This document shows positions 58,760 through 64,000 of a stretch of 64,000 bases of DNA, one piece after another (position 1 is the stretch's first letter; every line of letters begins with the position of its first letter). The translations under genes were made by a program, and so were the position numbers. The notes under the pieces are model-generated. The model ran no database searches, was not told the DNA's origin, and was given only the letters and a program-made list of their open reading frames with translations. Source of the stretch: an uncultured Microbacterium sp. Its GTDB lineage: Bacteria > Actinomycetota > Actinomycetes > Actinomycetales > Microbacteriaceae. The DNA is taken from contig NZ_CALTTX010000006.1 of NCBI RefSeq assembly GCF_943912325.1, positions 11,737 to 75,736 of the forward strand, written 5' to 3'.

Positions 58760-59401
58760 TCAGAGGCGGGGGGAAACGGTGCTCGCCTCCGCCTGCTGCT
58801 CCTCGGAGCGGGCCAGCAAAGTGCGGGGCAACCAGGCCGCTCGACGCTGTTCGAATTCCGTGATGCGGTCTTCGTTGCGCAGGGTCAAGCCGATGTCGTC
58901 GAGGCCCTCGAGCAGTCGCCACCTAGTGTAATCGTCGATGTCGAAAGGCACTCGGAGCTCGCCGAGACGCGCTTCGCGAGCGACCAGATCGATCGTGATC
59001 TCGATGCCGGGATTCGCCGCGATCGCGGCCCACAGCGCCTCGACGTCGGCCTCGGAGATGACGCCGGCGAGCAGCCCCTGCTTGCCCGCGTTTCCGCGGA
59101 AGATGTCGGCGAAGCGCGGGCTCAACACGGTCGTGAAGCCGTAATCGCGCAGCGCCCATACGGCGTGCTCGCGACTCGACCCGGTACCGAAGTCGGGGCC
59201 CGCGATGAGCACGCTCCCCCGCGCGTACGCGGGCTGATTGAGCACGAACTCGGGGTCCTGACGCCAGTTCGCAAACAGGGCGTCATCGAAGCCCGTCTTC
59301 GTCACGCGCTTGAGGTAGACGGCGGGAATGATCTGGTCGGTGTCGACCGCCGAGCGAGTCAGCGGCACGGCGATACCGGTGTGTGTCGTGAAAGCGTCCA
59401 T
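58760..59401 (-). CDS. leuD: 3-isopropylmalate dehydratase small subunit
   Basis: The sequence [40 protein letters not shown] is the LeuD signature. Confidence 0.9.
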   Translation of the reverse strand: MDAFTTHTGIAVPLTRSAVDTDQIIPAVYLKRVTKTGFDDALFANWRQDPEFVLNQPAYARGSVLIAGPDFGTGSSREHAVWALRDYGFTTVLSPRFADIFRGNAGKQGLLAGVISEADVEALWAAIAANPGIEITIDLVAREARLGELRVPFDIDDYTRWRLLEGLDDIGLTLRNEDRITEFEQRRAAWLPRTLLARSEEQQAEASTVSPRL

Positions 59402-59402
59402 G

Positions 59403-60923
59403 TCAGGCCTCCACTCCCGCCGTCGATCCCGCGAATCTCGGCGATGCGTCCGCACCATCCTCGAGGTCACCGGGGCTCGCGAGCCGGCCCAGCACGGCCG
59501 TCGCGGCGGCGACGAGGGGCGACACGAGGTGCGTGCGCCCACCCTTGCCTTGGCGGCCCTCGAAGTTGCGGTTGCTCGTCGAGGCGCAGCGCTCGCCCGG
59601 AGCGAGTTGGTCGGGGTTCATGCCGAGGCACATCGAGCAGCCGGCGAAACGCCACTCGGCCCCGAACTCCTCGAAGACCTTGTCGAGCCCCTCGGCTTCG
59701 GCCTCGAGGCGCACTCGCGCCGACCCCGGCACGACCATGACGCGCACGCCGTCTGCCTTCGTGCGGCCCCGCACGATCGATGCGAACGCCCGCAGGTCTT
59801 CGATCCGGCTGTTCGTGCACGAGCCCATGAAGACCGCGTCGACCGCGATGTCTTTCATCGGCGTGCCGGCCTCGAGAGCCATGTACTCCAGCGCACGCTC
59901 GGCGGCTGCGCGCTCGTTGGCGTCCGTGATGTCTGCCGGGTTCGGCACGACGCCGCTCAGCGAGACGCCCTGACCCGGGTTGGTGCCCCACGTCGCGAAG
60001 GGCTCGAGCTCGGCGGCATCCAAAAACACCTCGGCGTCGTAGACGGCACCCTCATCGCTCGGCAGCGTGCGCCAATATTCGACGGCGTCGTCCCAGTCCT
60101 GGCCCTGCGGCGCGTGCGGGCGGCCCTTGACGTACGCGAAGGTCGTCTCGTCGGGCGCGACCATGCCGGCGCGAGCACCGGCCTCGATCGACATGTTGCA
60201 CATCGTCATGCGCCCCTCCATCGAGAGGCCGCGGATCGCGCTGCCGCGGTACTCGAGCACGTAGCCCTGGCCGCCGTTCGCGCCGATCTTGGCGATGACG
60301 GCGAGGATGATGTCTTTCGCCGTGACGCCGGGGCGCAACTCACCCTCGACCGTGATCGCCATCGTCTTGAAAGGCTTCAGCGGTAGCGTCTGGGTCGCCA
60401 TGACGTGCTCGACCTCGCTCGTGCCGATGCCGAAAGCCATGGCACCGAACGCGCCGTGCGTCGAGGTGTGCGAGTCGCCGCAGACGACCGTGATGCCCGG
60501 CATCGTGAGTCCCAGCTGCGGACCGACGACGTGCACGATCCCCTGCTCTTTGTCGCCGAGCGAGTGCAGGCGCACGCCGAACTCTTCGGCATTGCGGCGC
60601 AGCGTCTCGATCTGCGTGCGACTCGTGAGGTCAGCGATCGGCTTGTCGATCGCGAGGGTCGGAGTGTTGTGGTCTTCGGTCGCGATCGTCAGATCGAGGC
60701 GGCGCAACGGACGACCCTCGGTGCGCAGCCCGTCGAAGGCCTGCGGGCTCGTGACCTCGTGTACGAGGTGCAGGTCGATGTAGATCAGGTCGGGTTCGCC
60801 GCTCTCGCCCTTCACGACGAGGTGGTCGTCCCACACCTTCTCGGCGAGGGTGCGCGGGCGGTCCGGAATCGTCGCAGCGATGGCGTCGGCGCTAGGCGCG
60901 GAGGCGGGCGTTTCGGTGCTCAT
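59403..60923 (-). CDS. leuC: 3-isopropylmalate dehydratase large subunit
   Basis: It has [12 protein letters not shown].. and the aconitase-family Cys ligands. It is immediately upstream of leuD. Confidence 0.9.
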   Translation of the reverse strand: MSTETPASAPSADAIAATIPDRPRTLAEKVWDDHLVVKGESGEPDLIYIDLHLVHEVTSPQAFDGLRTEGRPLRRLDLTIATEDHNTPTLAIDKPIADLTSRTQIETLRRNAEEFGVRLHSLGDKEQGIVHVVGPQLGLTMPGITVVCGDSHTSTHGAFGAMAFGIGTSEVEHVMATQTLPLKPFKTMAITVEGELRPGVTAKDIILAVIAKIGANGGQGYVLEYRGSAIRGLSMEGRMTMCNMSIEAGARAGMVAPDETTFAYVKGRPHAPQGQDWDDAVEYWRTLPSDEGAVYDAEVFLDAAELEPFATWGTNPGQGVSLSGVVPNPADITDANERAAAERALEYMALEAGTPMKDIAVDAVFMGSCTNSRIEDLRAFASIVRGRTKADGVRVMVVPGSARVRLEAEAEGLDKVFEEFGAEWRFAGCSMCLGMNPDQLAPGERCASTSNRNFEGRQGKGGRTHLVSPLVAAATAVLGRLASPGDLEDGADASPRFAGSTAGVEA

Positions 60924-61119
60924 GTCAATCGTTCTCCAGGATCGGGTTGCGGTCCGATCACGAGCGAGGCTCGCGCAACTCCGCGGCGAGTCAGGACCCT
61001 AGAACGAGGACTCACCGCGGCTGCGAAGAAGGAGCAGGCCGGAGCGCATGGTCCCGAGCCTACCACCGGCGGCCCGGGCGGTCGCCGTCAGCGATCCGCC
61101 CGGGCTCGACCGCGGCCGG

Positions 61120-62298
61120 TCAGCGCCCGTCAGAACCGCCCGACGCTTCTTCCGCGGCCGCAGCCGACACGGTCGGTGGGGTTCCCTGCTGCTCGACGAC
61201 CTCGGCGGCTGCTTCTTCGGGCGTGCCACCGCGTGCCCCGTGGGCCTTAGACGCGAGCGACGGCTCGTCGCCGGAGGCGGCGGAGGCTGCCCCCGAAGCA
61301 TCCGTCAATCCACCGTCTCGACGCTTCTCGATCCCCGACGCGATGAGGCTAGCGCCGGTCGCGACCGCCATCGACACGATGATGACCGTGAGCGACGTCC
61401 AGGTACCGATCTCGGGGCCCCAGTGAACGGGCTCACCGCCGTTGATGAAGGGCAGCTCGTTGACGTGCAGGGCGTGCAGGAACAGCTTCACGCCGATGAA
61501 CGCGAGGATGAACGCGATGCCGTAGTGCAGGTACTTGAGGCGATCGAGCAGCCCGCCGAGCAAGAAGTACAGCTGGCGCAGGCCCATGAGCGCAAAGAGG
61601 TTCGCCGTGAAAACGATGAACGGGTTCTGCGTGATGCCGAAGATCGCCGGGATCGAGTCGATCGCGAACACGAGATCAGTGATGCCGATCGCGATGAACA
61701 CGATGAGCATGGGCGTCCAGACCTTGCGCCCATCGATCGTGGTGCGCAGCTTCGAGCCGTTGAACTCGTCGGTGATGTGCACGAACCGGCGAAGGAAGCG
61801 GACGATGCCCGATTCGGTGTGCTCATCGTTCTCTTCCTTCTCGGGCATCGCCTGGCGGATCGCCGTGAACACCAGGAAGGCGCCGAAGATGTAGAACACG
61901 GCGCTGAAGTTCTCGATGATCGCGACACCGAGCAGGATGAAGATTCCGCGCAGCACGAGCGCGATGATGATGCCCACCATCAGCACTTCTTGCTGATACT
62001 TGCGCGGGACCTTGAACTGCGCCATCAGCAGCACGAAGACGAAGAGGTTATCGATCGAGAGGCTGTACTCGGTCAGCCAGCCGGCGATGAACATGCCGGT
62101 GATCTCGATGTGCTGCGTCACGAGCAAGAGGCTCAGCGCGAAGACGAGCGCGAGCCCGACATAGAAGCCCACCCAGAGCGAGGCCTCTTTCATCGAGGGG
62201 ATGTGGGGACGCTTGAAGATGATGAGCAGATCGGCGATGAGGATGAGCGTCAGCACGACGAGCGCGCCGACCTCGAACCACACGGGAATCTCAGGCAT
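61120..62298 (-). CDS. TerC-family integral membrane protein (putative Mn2+ efflux)
   Basis: It has multi-pass TM segments, the TerC signature DNLFVF ... DSIPAIFGIT, and an acidic C-terminal tail. Confidence 0.8.
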   Translation of the reverse strand: MPEIPVWFEVGALVVLTLILIADLLIIFKRPHIPSMKEASLWVGFYVGLALVFALSLLLVTQHIEITGMFIAGWLTEYSLSIDNLFVFVLLMAQFKVPRKYQQEVLMVGIIIALVLRGIFILLGVAIIENFSAVFYIFGAFLVFTAIRQAMPEKEENDEHTESGIVRFLRRFVHITDEFNGSKLRTTIDGRKVWTPMLIVFIAIGITDLVFAIDSIPAIFGITQNPFIVFTANLFALMGLRQLYFLLGGLLDRLKYLHYGIAFILAFIGVKLFLHALHVNELPFINGGEPVHWGPEIGTWTSLTVIIVSMAVATGASLIASGIEKRRDGGLTDASGAASAASGDEPSLASKAHGARGGTPEEAAAEVVEQQGTPPTVSAAAAEEASGGSDGR

Positions 62299-62470
62299 GG
62301 TGGCCTTTCAGAGGCGAGAGGGTACGGGAAATCCCGAAAGTCTCTCCCCCACGCTTCGTGCGCGGCGCGGGCCCGGAGCCACATAGTTGGGGCTCGTGAT
62401 GACGGGCGCGCGATAACGGGATACTCCCCTTCGCTGCGCATAGTCTACGGGACGACGGATGCCTCGAGAT
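62299..62470 (-). promoter_or_regulatory. Probable yybP-ykoY (Mn2+) riboswitch in the terC leader
   Basis: The transcribed-strand leader contains ..GCGAAGGGGAGUAUCC.., matching the conserved AAAGGGGAGUAG block. Downstream it has ..GGGGGAGAGAC.. The TerC family is the canonical target of this riboswitch. Confidence 0.4.
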
Positions 62471-62518
62471 GCCGCAACGATGAATAGTGGATGCCTCGTG
62501 GTTTCGGCGCCGCGGCGC

Positions 62519-62923
62519 TCAGGCCCGCACGAGCACCGTGCCGGCGGCCTTGTCATGCAGGCCGCGGTGATCCTGGTCCCACACGACGGCGGGGATGACG
62601 ATGATCAGCAGCGCGGTCCGTATGAGCGGACGCCAGGGCCCGACCCAGCCGCCACCGAGACTGGTGAGTCGCAACCCGAACAGGCGGTGCCCCGGGCTCC
62701 CCTGCACGGTCGGGATGAAGGCGATCTGGATGAGCGCGAAGATCGCGAGGATCGCGAGCGAGTTCCACGAGAAGAACCCCGAGATCAGGTACGCCGCGCC
62801 GTAGTCGATGAACAGCGCACCGACGCGCCGGCCCAAGTGCCCGATCGAACCGGGCCCGGCGGCGGGAAGACCGAGGTCGCGCCCGGGATAGTCAGCGTCG
62901 TGCGGCGTGGTCGATCCGGGCAT
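62519..62923 (-). CDS. RDD-family membrane protein
   Basis: The sequence LGRRVGALFIDYGAAYLISGFF... matches the RDD domain layout. Confidence 0.6.
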   Translation of the reverse strand: MPGSTTPHDADYPGRDLGLPAAGPGSIGHLGRRVGALFIDYGAAYLISGFFSWNSLAILAIFALIQIAFIPTVQGSPGHRLFGLRLTSLGGGWVGPWRPLIRTALLIIVIPAVVWDQDHRGLHDKAAGTVLVRA

Positions 62924-63056
62924 ACCCCCAGGCTAACCGCGCCGGCGTAACACTCCCGAAACACGAGAGTTATGCGAGGGCAACGCCTCCTCGGTAGGTT
63001 GCCAGCAAGCCCGTTTTACTCGGGTGAGTTCCCGATGCCCTACCTCTGGAGCCAGA

Positions 63057-64000
63057 ATGTTCACTGATTCATCCGAGGTGCTGAAGTACATCAAGGACGA
63101 GGACATCAAGTTCCTCGACATCCGTTTCACGGATCTCCCGGGTGTGCAGCAGCACTTCAACATCCCCGCGTCGACCGTTGACGAGGAGTTCTTCACGGTC
63201 GGTCAGCTCTTTGACGGCTCCTCGATCCGCGGCTTCGCGAACATCCACGAGTCCGACATGCAGCTGATCCCCGACGTGTCGACGGCTTATGTCGACCCGT
63301 TCCGCGAGGCAAAGACCCTCGTGATGATCTTCGACATCTACAACCCCCGCACGGGCGAGATCTACCACAAGGACCCGCGTCAGGTCGCCAAGAAGGCCGA
63401 GAAGTACCTCGCCTCGACCGGCATCGCCGACACGGCGTTCTTCGCTCCCGAGGCCGAGTTCTACATCTTCGACGACGTGCGCTACGAAGTGAAGCAGAAC
63501 CAGTCGTTCTACTTCGTCGACTCCGAAGAAGGCGCCTGGAACTCGGGTCGCGTCGAAGAGGGCGGCAACCTCGCCAACAAGACTCCGTACAAGGGTGGCT
63601 ACTTCCCCGTTTCGCCCGTCGACAAGACGGCTGACCTGCGCGACGACATCACGCTGCGCCTGATCGACGCGGGCTTCGTGCTCGAGCGCTCGCACCACGA
63701 GGTCGGCACCGGTGGTCAGCAGGAGATCAACTACCGCTTCGACACGATGGTGCACTCGGCGGACGACATCCTGAAGTTCAAGTACATCGTCAAGAACACG
63801 GCCGAGGAATGGGGCAAGGTCGCGACCTTCATGCCGAAGCCCCTCTTCGGCGACAACGGTTCGGGCATGCACACGCACCAGTCGCTGTGGCTCGATGGCA
63901 AGCCCCTCTTCTACGACGAGACCGGCTACGGCGGCCTGTCCGACACGGCCCGCTGGTACATCGGCGGCCTGCTCGCGCACGCCCCCGCCGTGCTCGCGTT
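63057..64000 (+). CDS. glnA: Glutamine synthetase type I, partial (continues beyond the window)
   Basis: The start is [37 protein letters not shown]... It has the GS beta-grasp domain and catalytic-domain motifs (..[18 protein letters not shown]..). Confidence 0.9.
   Translation, partial: MFTDSSEVLKYIKDEDIKFLDIRFTDLPGVQQHFNIPASTVDEEFFTVGQLFDGSSIRGFANIHESDMQLIPDVSTAYVDPFREAKTLVMIFDIYNPRTGEIYHKDPRQVAKKAEKYLASTGIADTAFFAPEAEFYIFDDVRYEVKQNQSFYFVDSEEGAWNSGRVEEGGNLANKTPYKGGYFPVSPVDKTADLRDDITLRLIDAGFVLERSHHEVGTGGQQEINYRFDTMVHSADDILKFKYIVKNTAEEWGKVATFMPKPLFGDNGSGMHTHQSLWLDGKPLFYDETGYGGLSDTARWYIGGLLAHAPAVLA

Noticed and set aside
1-64000. CRISPR arrays, rRNA genes, prophage structural genes
   Set aside because: There are no regularly spaced direct repeats, no rRNA-like conserved blocks, and no capsid, terminase or portal-like ORFs. 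The mobile element found is integrase/IS-based, not phage.

Overview
This is a high-GC (~70%) actinobacterial chromosomal segment, likely Microbacteriaceae-like. Its backbone has the conserved mycobacterial-type synteny: tsf-rpsB / M23 peptidase / xerC-dprA-comM-yraN / DUF2469-rnhB-lepB-rplS / map / trmD-rimM-KH-rpsP / ybdK / ffh / lipB-lipA / ftsY-smc / tandem GNATs / sugar ABC transporter / mutM-rnc-rpmF-yceD / coaD / recG / rsmD / thiL / ddl-gpsA-plsC / murA / leuDC / terC / glnA. 

The most notable feature is a ~12.6-kb integrative element at roughly 4677..17259, inserted inside the competence gene dprA. The dprA N-terminal part lies at ~17260..17697 and the C-terminal part at 3894..4676, both on the minus strand. 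The two junctions share a 7-bp core, tcgcgac, with imperfect flanking repeats. 

The element carries:
- an unusual recombination module: a tyrosine integrase, a small HTH protein, and an 849-aa protein made of about ten CxxC zinc-ribbon repeats fused to a tyrosine-recombinase-like C-terminal domain;
- a translationally coupled cluster of three small or unknown proteins, one interrupted by an in-frame TAG;
- an HxlR regulator, an NTF2-like protein and a TfoX_N protein;
- an IS481-family transposase pseudogene with an in-frame TAG;
- a complete Type III restriction-modification system (mod, res).

Other observations:
- a frameshifted PucR regulator next to an SDR remnant;
- a strongly RBS-led 31-codon small ORF, followed by a structured leader, a His-rich small ORF and two paralogous GNATs;
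- a probable yybP-ykoY (Mn) riboswitch in front of terC;
- a long gpsA/ddl overlap.

No CRISPR array, rRNA or tRNA was recognised.
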